The position numbers were made by a program, and so were the translations under genes. The notes under the pieces were generated by a model that saw nothing but the letters and a program-made list of their open reading frames with translations, made no database searches and was not told where the DNA came from. This document shows, piece after piece, positions 1-9,138 of a stretch of DNA of 21,593 nucleotides (position 1 is the stretch's first letter; each line of letters opens with the position of its first letter). The stretch comes from Octopus sinensis (lineage: Eukaryota), in contig NW_021823675.1 in NCBI RefSeq assembly GCF_006345805.1, positions 1 to 21,593 of the forward strand. Reading direction: 5' to 3'.

Positions 1-112
1 CCTAGGCTCGAAACGTTAAAAACTTTTCACTTCCCGAGCATTATACTAATACATCAGTTTTGTTTCTATACCACCTGTCTTCGTCTTTTGTTTTTTTTTC
101 TGAATTCTCCCT
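1..112 (+). mobile_element. Probable 3' tail of a Penelope-like pseudo-LTR, cut by the window edge
   Basis: Starts with ctcGAAACGTT (second half of a hammerhead-type core), continues through a pyrimidine-rich tail and ends at a TG/TA microsatellite. The CTGANGA half would lie outside the window. Confidence 0.35.
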
Positions 113-274
113 GTGTGTATATATGTATATACAATATATATATGTATATATATATGGGATATTTCTAATTTTGTTGTTTTTGCTTAACATTAAAATAGCC
201 TTCCTTTACATTCAAGAACTTACTACAACTGACCAACTCACCATCAACACCGTCACATCATCTCACTTCATATC

Positions 275-288
275 AACTACTACTACTT

Positions 289-330
<42 letters not shown>

Positions 331-425
331 TTATCATCATTATATTTATTTTATTTTATTATTAATATTATCATTATTATTTTTATATCATCATCATCAT
401 CATCATCATTATTATAATTATTATT
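275..425. repeat. Compound (ACT)n/(ATT)n/(ATC)n microsatellite
   Basis: Direct reading of the trinucleotide runs. Confidence 0.95.
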
Positions 426-974
426 GAGTGAGAGAGCAGTGCATGCGATCAAAGTGACACTGGGGTAAAATATACGAAACCTAGTATACGCATCATGACT
501 ACCCATCTGATAAGGGTACACCATGCATCACAACCATATGTGTGCGACATGGTGATCTCATATTAAGATAAACAGTGCATGACCTTGCAGGTGGGGCCCA
601 GTTAGAATTTTCTTCTGGTCGAGTAACCCATCCCGCTCAAAAGGTCCCTGAATAAGGGTTGTTTAAGGATGTTGAACGAAACACCCATGTTTCCAAAGGT
701 GAATTATTCAAACCCCAAAGAATTCCTCTCAATACATGGTTATGATGCTCCCCCAGTACTTCTGCTCGTGATCAGAGATGCACATATCGTCACCCACTAA
801 GGGGCATGCTCAACTGGATAAGGTCAAACAACTGACAAACAAATCTGTGGTATTGAGCAGAATATTTGCTGTAGCCCATCTTTTATACCAAGAAAAAACA
901 ATGTACATGATAACACTTCCAATCAGATAAGATCAGGAGTCATGAGGGCCACTGTCTGGTACTGCATGAGGGCA

Positions 975-975
<1 letters not shown>
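426..975 (-). mobile_element. ~550-bp non-coding, non-autonomous retroelement inserted in (TAA)n, probably Dong-mobilised
   Basis: Flanked on both sides by (AAT)n on the minus strand, like the Dong copies. Its first 60 nt (916-975) recur at 19921-19980 (51/60 identical) with the same boundary. No coding capacity seen. Confidence 0.65.

Positions 976-1022
<47 letters not shown>
976..1022. repeat. (ATT)n microsatellite, about 15 units
   Basis: Direct reading. Confidence 0.98.
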
Positions 1023-1579
1023 GTGTTTTTCTTCTTCTTTCAAATTTGTTTCCATTTTTCGCCGAGTGTCTTCCCGACTCCTAGGGCAAAGAAACTCATA
1101 GTATACATTGGTAGGCCATCAAACTAAACTCACTAGTTCAATCATTTTTTTTTATAGAAATAAAGTTAAATTAAAATACATGGGTAGTAATAGTTCTCAC
1201 ATCGACAATGCTCTTCTCAATACGTGTGATGTACCAGTTAAGACAATCTTTTGCACTTCTTGCAGGGATGTAAGCCAGGGATCATTCTCATATAATTTTT
1301 CGTTCCCTTCTTGATCATTCCTAGTGCTCCTACGATCACTGGTATTGTAACCGCCTTGAGATGCCACATTTCTCAATTTCAATGAGCAGGTATTTATATT
1401 TTCTGAGCTTGTCAATTCTTTCGCCCGAGTATTATGATCACAGGGATGCTCATGTCGATCAATAAGCAAACTTTATTGTTTTTTGTCTTTCACAATATCC
1501 GGTTTATTGGCTTTGATGGTTCGGTCTGTATGTACTGGAAAGTCCCACAGAATCGTTACATTTTCTCCTCCAGCTACAC
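1023..1579 (-). mobile_element. 5'-truncated R4/Dong LINE, subfamily A (endonuclease C-terminus plus 3'UTR)
   Basis: Minus-strand frames give ILWDFPVHTDRTIKANKPDI ... LQEVQKIVLTGTSHVLRRALSM*, homologous to the C-terminus at 14824-15252. Frameshifted; followed by an (AAT)n tail. Confidence 0.9.
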
Positions 1580-1720
1580 TTCTTCTCTTCTTCTTCTTCT
1601 TCTTCTTCTTCTTCTTCTTCTTCTTCTTCTTTCTTCTTCTTCTTCTTCTTCTTCTTCTTCTTCTTCTTCTTCTTCTTCTTCTTCTTCTCTTCTTCTCTTC
1701 TCTTCTTCTTCTTCTTCTTA
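1580..1720. repeat. (TTC)n/(GAA)n microsatellite of about 140 bp
   Basis: Direct reading. Confidence 0.98.
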
Positions 1721-1761
1721 TTCTTATGATTATTATTATTATTATATATATTATTATTATT

Positions 1762-2089
1762 CGTAGTTTTATTTTTATAACGTGCTTTCACTTCACTACC
1801 AGCGCAGCTCTGTGTGCCTTGGGTATGTGCTGTGATTTGTTGTGATGCTCTGATGGTTACTGTATTGAAAGTGTTTCTGCGTAGGATGTGTGCAGTGCCT
1901 AGTATGCAATTTTCTGTATGTTATAATGTGTTTTGTAAGTCCTGGTGTTTTTGTTATTATTTGTCTGAATAATTTTTTATCATGCCTAAAGTACCTACTA
2001 TGATAGGAACTGTTTTCTGTTTTTAGATTCCACATTCTAGTTACCTCTATTTCTAGGTCTTTGTATTTTGAAAGTTTCCTCATTTCTTT
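1762..2089 (-). mobile_element. 5'-truncated R4/Dong LINE, subfamily B 3' end
   Basis: KLSKYKDLEIEVTRMWNLKTE...GTAHILRRTLSIQ* plus 3'UTR ending aaaactacg(AAT)n. (AAT)n lies on both sides; closely similar to 19537-19920. Confidence 0.92.
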
Positions 2090-2579
2090 ATTGTTATTAT
2101 TATTATTGTGTCCGGTTTTGGAGACTAGTTGTTCGGAGCTCTAAGTTTTCTTTAGAATTTCTTGTTCCAATGTCTGTTTTCAAAATTTTATTGACGACAG
2201 AACCCACGTCGCTGTAAGCGGGGCTAGCTGCGGTGGCCAGAATTAGCCCCTTAAAGGCGAATTTTGAGTTTTAAAAACTACAAATTAATATTTTAAAAAG
2301 AAAAAGTTCAGTATGGCTTCCCAAATCGAGGCAAGTAAAGGTTCTCTTACATCATCCGTTTTGACATTTTGTCACCTCCGCTTGTTAATGTTTTTGAGAA
2401 ACAAAGCAAAGACAGCAGCAGCACAGCAGTAGTAGTAGCAACAACAACAACAAAACAGCATCACACAACCATCAGCACAAACAACAAAAACATAACAGAA
2501 AAATGAAGAGGAGGCAGCAAGGAATCAACCCACTTTGACCCTAAAAAAAAGAAGACACACCACCAGAAATAGACGCTGA

Positions 2580-3170
2580 TTCTTGGTGGGAGCTGTCCCT
2601 TGGACATATAGGTCAAAACGAGCATCTTACAGATGCGGAAACTTTACTAACAAACTATTCGGGTCAAGCCTAAAATTGTGGGTGAAAATGGGCAGCCAAA
2701 GTCTGGACACAATTCCAGATATCATAAATTTACACGTGGCACCAACCTCCACGTGGACTTTGAAAGCTGATGGCTGCGGTATCACCTGTGTGGGGACACT
2801 GATCATCTAAGTTTCTTCTGTTGCCCACAACAAATTAGAGAAAGGAGCCTCTCACTTTTGCCAACATCATCATCACCACCACCACCACCACCACCACAGC
2901 AACAATAACAACAATAGCAACAGCACTAATAGAGGCAGGTGACCATCGCGGCTACAAAGAGTAACAGTAGCAGCAACACTAATCGCAGCAGCAAAAACAA
3001 CAGCATCAACCCCGGTCCCCATCACCAAAAAAAGCAAGAACTTTATGGATAGGACAACGTCATAAAGCTCTAAGAGATTTGCCCCTCCCCTGTTCGGAGC
3101 ACTCAGACATACCTTGCGCGGATAGGGACGACGAAAGACCAAAATGGCAAGAAGTCGCCTGAACACACAA
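2580..3170 (+). pseudogene. Decayed Gag/ORF1-like fragment with a CCHC zinc knuckle (possible L1/Tx1-type ORF1)
   Basis: Frame at 2771-2827 reads WLR-Y-HL-C-GDTD-H-LSFF-C-CP, i.e. CX2CX4HX4C with the first C mutated (TAT for TGT). It is preceded by TIPDIINL/GTNLHVDFE across a frameshift and followed by a low-complexity linker. Confidence 0.45.
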
Positions 3171-3240
3171 AAGAAAAAGAAACAGAACTAAAAACACACA
3201 GACAATACAGACATAAACTTGCCCAAATGCATCAATAAAT

Positions 3241-4374
3241 TAACATTGATATTTTTGCACCGTTGTTGCAATCATCTGAAATGGAACTGTCAAATCGCGA
3301 TATTCGAAAAATTTTGCTATTCAGCATCAAAAAAGGATGTAAACAGCTGAAACTGCTGACGATTTCAACGAAACATTTCATGAGGAAATAACCAGTGAGT
3401 GGTCAGCTAGAAAAGGGTTTAAACGATTTAGCAGTGGAAACCTGAAGATCATAAGCGTAGTGGTCCCCCGTCTGTCATCGATGACGGTCAATTGAAGACC
3501 GTCATTGAGAAAGACCCACGTAAAACCACTCGAGAAATGGCAAAGAACTTCAAGTTTGCCAGAAATGCCTGAAACCATTTGCATGCGATCGGAAATCAGA
3601 AAGCTCGACAAATGAGTACCACACGATTTGAATGAAAATCAGAAAATGTGAACTTATGAAGTGTGCTCGTCGCTTCTTCTGCTTTCTTCGCCGAAACCAG
3701 ACCGATCCATTTCTTGACCGTATTTGCGATGAAAAGTAGATTCTATATAATCATAAAAAATGTTTTTCGGAGTGGATGGACCCAAATGAAGCACCGAAAA
3801 GCTTCCCTAAACCCGATCTCTTCAAAAAAGAGATTATGGTGATTATTTAGTGATGTGCTGTTGGACTCATCGACTATAACTTATTAAAACCCCGAAAAAC
3901 CATTACTGCAGAATCATATTACCAAGAAATTGCCAAAATGAACGAAAAACTGCTACTCCTCTGTCTCAGACTGGTCAACAGAAGAGGCCCAATCATTCTT
4001 CATGACAATACTCAACCACACGTTTCACTAATGACGCTCCAGAGGTTTAGAGAATTTGGCTACGAAGTTCTTCCCTACTCAGCCTATTCCCAAGACCTTT
4101 CTCCCAACGACTACCACTTTTTCAAGTATCTTTATGGTTTCCTTCGAGAGGAGTTCAAAAATCAAACCGATGCTGAAAGCGCGTTCAAAGAGTCCATCAG
4201 CTCCAGAACTCCAGATTTTTATGTTAACGGAATAAACAAACTTTGTAACTCATTGGCAAAAATGTGTTTATAGTAATGGTACAGACTTTGATGAATAAAA
4301 TTTCCGCATTGCTGAAATACATTGTGATGAATTTCATGTTTCAAAACTTTGCTTACTTCTTACTCAGCCTGATA
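3241..4374 (+). mobile_element. Decayed mariner (DD34D) DNA transposon; 3' TIR present, 5' TIR missing
   Basis: ATG at 3281 (MELSNRDIRKILLF), *VPHDL (WVPHDL), CDEK*ILY, HDNTQPH, then 34 residues to YSQDLSPND. 3' TIR-like aaactttgcttacttcttactcagcctga plus TA at ~4344-4374. Many stops and frameshifts. Confidence 0.93.
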
Positions 4375-4892
4375 TTTATTTCCATGTCAAACGGGAATGA
4401 GAGGAGGGGTGGAATGGCAGTGTTGTCCCAGAGACGCCTGGATCTCAACACAAAGATTAAAAAGGCTGTAAAAGGTTTACCTTGCTCAGCTATACATTGA
4501 GCAATTGTGTAACTACATTATTTGGCTTAATTTTTGGTTCCAAGCATTTGAACAAAAATAGAAGTGCTTTTTTTGTAACTAGAAATAGCCCGAAATTGAT
4601 TCAATATAGAGATAACGAAATAAAAATTTTCTAAAGGTTAGTTGCCCGCTTTCAGTTCAATTTTCCGGTAACAAGTGGATTATAAGTGAATAAATCAGTG
4701 TATTGGCTTTAGAATAACCTTCTTTAGCCCTTAATTATAAGATGTAAGTACATATATATATATATTGATACGCATTTAGATATATACACACACATGCATA
4801 CGCACACACATATATAAATGTGTATTCTTTTTCTTTAATTCTTTTACTTGTGTGTATATATATATTATATATATATATATCTATATATATAT

Positions 4893-5172
4893 TAGAATAA
4901 ATGAAGTAATCAGAAGATCGGATCGTTCATTTTATAGATATTTATTTATATATTACATTTTTTACATTATATATCATATCATTCAGATTATAAGCGCTTT
5001 CTCCCATTCCAGTGGGGTTTTCAAATCAAATTAATTCCTTTGTGGGGAATTTGGTCATTTTATAGAGTTTCGTAGTAGTGGGGAGGAACAAGATAGTATA
5101 AGAGGGTGAGGTAGATGAGGAGGAAGTGAGAGAGAGAACATGTGTGTATGTGTATGTGTGTATGTGTGTGTA

Positions 5173-5203
<31 letters not shown>

Positions 5204-5440
5204 TTGTATTTGAGGCTAAAGAGAAAAAGGGAAATGGGGAGGGGGAGGGGGAGAGGGAAGAAGAAGGATTTTCTTTGGCCTGTTGGACCCCCTGGGGAGT
5301 TCTAAGAATTTTAGCTCTCTGTCCATTCTGGTGTAACTGAGTGTGTGTTGGTGGGTAGGCTGGCCAGAATTACACCTTTTATGATTTTGGGGATGGACAA
5401 ATGTCATTTGGGGTCATACTTTGTACGATCGTTTTGTGGA
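4893..5440 (-). mobile_element. Possible decayed Penelope-like 3' end
   Basis: Minus strand has pyrimidine tracts, a degenerate hammerhead-like motif (4986-5030) and a tail abutting (TA)n at 4852-4892. No convincing protein motif. Confidence 0.25.
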
Positions 5441-5664
5441 GGTGTGTGTGTGTCTCTGTGTGTCCGTGTGTGTTTGTGTGCGTGTGTGTGTGTGTCTCTG
5501 TGGTGTTGGAGAAGGGGGAGAAGACAAGAAGAGAAAGGGAAAATAAAAATAAAATAAATATAAAAATAAAAAATAAAAAAAAATAAAAATAAGGGAGGAA
5601 AGGGAAGAAAAAATATTTTTGTGTGTTGATATTTATACCACTACATATATATAACACACAAACT

Positions 5665-6228
5665 TATACATAAAATATTTGAAAAAAAAACTTTTATCGG
5701 TTCAAAATGAACAACCAAATTACACCATCTTGAAAATTGTATATCATAGGAAAGTTAAAATTAAAGTGACAATTAAAAGTAAAGATGGAAGTAAATTATA
5801 AAGATAATAATTAATGTATATAACAGGCAATATATATATATATACATACACAGATATATATATATATACACATACAGACATATACTAAATGTTCTACTAT
5901 ATTAGATTGTAAATCGAAAGATGCGTCCTTCAATGTCACTATATAGATATATACATGCATACTCATGAAATATTAGAGAAAAACCCACCTTCTATCGAAT
6001 CAAAATGAACAATCAAATTACACCATCTTGAAAATTGCATATCATAGGAAGGTTAAAGTTAGAATGACAATTGGCAAGTAAAGATCAAGTAAATTATAAA
6101 AACAATATAATGTATATAACAGGTAACATATATACACACACACACCTATATATATATATATATATACACACATATATTAAATGTTCTACTATATTATATT
6201 GTAAATCGAAAAATTTGTCCTTCAATAT
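5665..6228. repeat. Diverged tandem dimer, period 298 bp
   Basis: caaaatgaacaa(c/t)caaattacaccatcttgaaaattg starts at 5703 and 6001; similarity continues to gtccttcaat in both copies. Confidence 0.95.
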
Positions 6229-6464
6229 ATGTTGAGTAAAGTTTCAGCCATTTAATTGTGGGGAGAACTTAGCTATGAAATGTTTCTCCATATTCCTCCT
6301 GATATATATATATAATATATCTATCTATATATATAGATATATATATATATATAATATATATATATATACATATATATATCAATTAATCAATATAGGGTAG
6401 CAAAAAATTCAATAGAAATTTTTCGGCCCAGCGGTCTAGTGAGAAAGAAATAATAGTCATAGAC

Positions 6465-6725
6465 TATATATATAAATTCAACAACAATTGAGGAATGGCC
6501 TTAATAGGCCACTCGATCCACTAGAAATAGCAGCCAGGACTCAAACCGCCCAGTAGTAGTAATCAGAAATTAAAGGAAAATTAAAAAAGTTTTAAAATGT
6601 TTTTTTAAATTTTCGTTTAATTTCTGAATTACTACCACTTGGTGGTTTGAGTCCTGGCTGCTCTTTCTAGTTGGTCGAAGGCCTATTAAGGCCATTCCTC
6701 AATTGTTGTTGAATTTATATATATA
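6465..6725. repeat. Palindrome P1 (arms ~125 bp), tail-out, ending in (TA)n on both sides
   Basis: aattcaacaacaattgaggaatggccttaataggcc... versus ...ggcctattaaggccattcctcaattgttgttgaattt, with a few mismatches. Shares caattgagg and agaaatagcagc motifs with the P2/P3 ends. Confidence 0.95.
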
Positions 6726-6762
6726 ATATATTATAATATATATATATATAATATATATATAT

Positions 6763-7053
6763 ATTATATAAAAGGGCTTAGTAAAATAAATTACTTTGCC
6801 GCATACTGAACTCATTAGAAATAGCAGCTAAAAAAAACTTTTTTAAAACTATTTCTAATACTTAAAGAAAACCTCTCTCATATAGTGTTTGCTCAATTCA
6901 ACATTTTGCTCAATTTGAATTGAGCAAACACTATATGAGAGAGGTTTTCTTTAAGTATTAGAAATAGTTTTAAAAAAGTTTTTTTTAGCTGCTATTTCTA
7001 ATGAGTTCAGTATGCGGCAAAGTAATTTATTTTACTAAGCCCTTTTATATAAT
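6763..7053. repeat. Palindrome P2: 139-bp perfect arms, 13-nt loop; right arm extends to the element end at ~7143
   Basis: 6763-6901 is the exact reverse complement of 6915-7053 by manual comparison. It is a sequence variant of the 3' part of the 564-bp unit. Confidence 0.97.
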
Positions 7054-7122
7054 GTAATAATTTGAATTCGCCTTAAATGGTCCCTTTGCATACTGAATAC
7101 TTGGTGAAATTGATTAATTAAT

Positions 7123-7452
7123 TAATTTTACCCTCAATTGTTGAAATATATATATATATATATATCAACAATTGAGGGTAAAATTAATTAATTAATCAAT
7201 TTCACCAAGTGTTCAGTATGTAAAAGGACCATTTAATTTTACCCTCAATTGTTGAAATATATATATATATATATATATATCAACAATTGAGGGTAAAATT
7301 AATCAATTTCACCAAGTGTTCAGTATGTAAAAGGACCATTTAATTTTACCCTCAATTGTTGAAATATATATATATATATATATCAACAATTGAGGGTAAA
7401 ATTAATTAATTAATCAATTTCACCAAGTGTTCAGTATGTAAAAGGACCATTT
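7123..7452. repeat. Three tandem ~110-bp units, each a (TA)n-centred hairpin of element termini
   Basis: aattttaccctcaattgttga-aa(TA)n-tcaacaattgagggtaaaatt...aaaggaccattt, repeated three times. Confidence 0.95.
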
Positions 7453-7662
7453 AAGGCGAATTCAAAATTTTACATTATATAATTAGGGCTTAGTAAAATA
7501 AATTACTTTGCCACATACTGAACCTAGTAGAAATAGCAGCCAAAAAAAATTTTCTTAGCATTTCTACTACTTAAAGAAAATTTCTCTCAGATAATGTTTA
7601 CTCCAGACAGCCCACGAAGGTTTGGAGGTAAAGACAGAAAAATATCACAAGTACATAGATCG

Positions 7663-7725
7663 TTTGAGTACGTCAACGTTTCAAGATTAGCCAAATAAAA
7701 TCAGCATTTCTATCGTCAGCTCAAA
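7663..7725 (-). ncRNA. Type I hammerhead ribozyme, inverted copy
   Basis: Reverse complement of the motif at 8331-8393; predicted cleavage between 7669 and 7668. Confidence 0.78.
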
Positions 7726-8330
7726 ATTTCTTAATTTGGATTTGGAAACACTAAAAAGAAGGAAATTTACCTATCAGCGAACTTATCGCTTCCGATGAAC
7801 CACTCCAACTAAACAGTGTCAACAAATTCAAACGATCTATGTACTTGTGATATTTTTCTGTATTTACCTCCAAACCTTCGTGGGCTGTCTAGAGTAAACA
7901 TTATCTGAGAGAAATTTTCTTTAAGTAGTAGTAATGCTAAGAAAAAATTTTTTTGCTGCTATTTCTACTAAGTTCAGTATGTGGCAAAGTAATTTATTTT
8001 ACTAAGCCCTAATATATAATGTAAAATTTTGAATTCGCCTTAAATGGTCCTTTTACATACTGAACACTTGGTGAAATTGATTAATTAATTAATTTTACCC
8101 TCAATTGTTGATATTAATTCTTTTCTCTCGGTCATACTGCCTCGGTTCTCGCGGTTAAAATATAGTGTTTGCTAGATAGACCACGTGGGTGGAAGGGGAT
8201 TGAAGAAATTTACGCCTGCGCATTTTGAATTTGTTGACACTGTTTAGTTGGAGTGGTTCATCTGAAGCGATAAGTTCGCTGATAGGTAAAGTTCTTTCTT
8301 TTTAGTGTTTCCAAATCCAACTCAAGAAAT

Positions 8331-8393
8331 TTTGAGCTGACGATAGAAATGCTGATTTTATTTGGCTAATCTTGAAACGTTGACGTACTCAAA
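8331..8393 (+). ncRNA. Type I hammerhead ribozyme
   Basis: Stem I TTTGAG (8331-36)/CTCAAA (8388-93); core CTGACGA (8337-43); stem II AGA..TCT plus GCTGA/TTGGC; GAAA (8374-77); stem III ACG(T)-TG-(A)CGT; GUA cleavage triplet ending at 8387. The U-U at the base of stem II is non-canonical. Confidence 0.8.
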
Positions 8394-8894
8394 CGATCTA
8401 TGTACTTGTGATATTTTTCTGTATTTACCTCCAAACCTTCGTGGGCTGTCTGGAGTAAACATTATCTGAGAGAAATTTTCTTTAAGTAGTAGAAATGTTA
8501 AGAAAATTTTTTTTGGCTGCTATTTCTACTAAGTTCAGTATGTGGCAAAGTAATTTATTTTACTAAGCCCTAATTATATAATGTAAAATTTTGAATTCGC
8601 CTTAAATGGTCCTTTTACATACTGAACACTTGGTGAAATTGATTAATTAATTAATTTTACCCTCAATTGTTGATATTATAATTCATTTCTCTCGGTCATA
8701 CTGCCTCGGTTCTCGCGGTTAAAATATAGTGTTTGCTAGATAGACCACGTGGGTGGAAGGGGATTGAAGAAATTTACGCCTGCGCATTTTGAATTTGTTG
8801 ACACTGTTTAGTTGGAGTGGTTCATCTGAAGCGATAAGTTCGCTGATAGGTAAAGTTCCTTCTTTTTAGTGTTTCCAAATCCAACTTAAGAAAT

Positions 8895-8957
8895 TTTGAG
8901 CTGACGATAGAAATGCTGATTTTATTTGGCTAATCTTGAAACGTTGACGTACTCAAA
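8895..8957 (+). ncRNA. Type I hammerhead ribozyme, second direct copy
   Basis: Identical to 8331-8393; predicted cleavage after 8951. Confidence 0.8.
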
Positions 8958-9138
8958 CGATCTATGTACTTGTGATATTTTTCTGTATTTACCTCCAAAC
9001 CTTCGTGGGCTGTCTGGAGTAAACATTATCTGAGAGAAATTTTCTTTAAGTAGTAGAAATGCTAAGAAAATTTTTTTTTGGCTGCTATTCTACTAAGTTC
9101 AGTATGTGGCAAAGTAATTTATTTTACTAAGCCCTAAT

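Noticed and set aside
916-975. HDV-like ribozyme in the 60-nt head
   Set aside because: Only partial P1/P3-like pairings were found, and the L3 and J4/2 consensus could not be satisfied by eye.
2250-2340. aaggcgaatt and aagttcagtatg motifs resembling the ribozyme unit
   Set aside because: Their relative orientation is not colinear with the unit and the matches are short.
2135-5372. Short shared motifs ggag(c/t)tctaag and tggccagaatta at 2135-2245 and 5296-5372
   Set aside because: Spacing differs by 34 nt and the intervening similarity is weak; could be chance.
6465-7053. Classical MITE interpretation of P1/P2
   Set aside because: The arms are the 3' portion of the ribozyme unit, and P2 ends asymmetrically. 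It is not fully excluded for P1.
7123-7452. CRISPR-like repeat-spacer appearance
   Set aside because: The spacers are identical or (TA)n, the context is eukaryotic and there are no cas genes.
7383-8672. Helitron interpretation (A|TC start in AT target)
   Set aside because: No CTRR 3' end or subterminal hairpin at unit junctions; the hammerhead and polarity fit a retroelement better.
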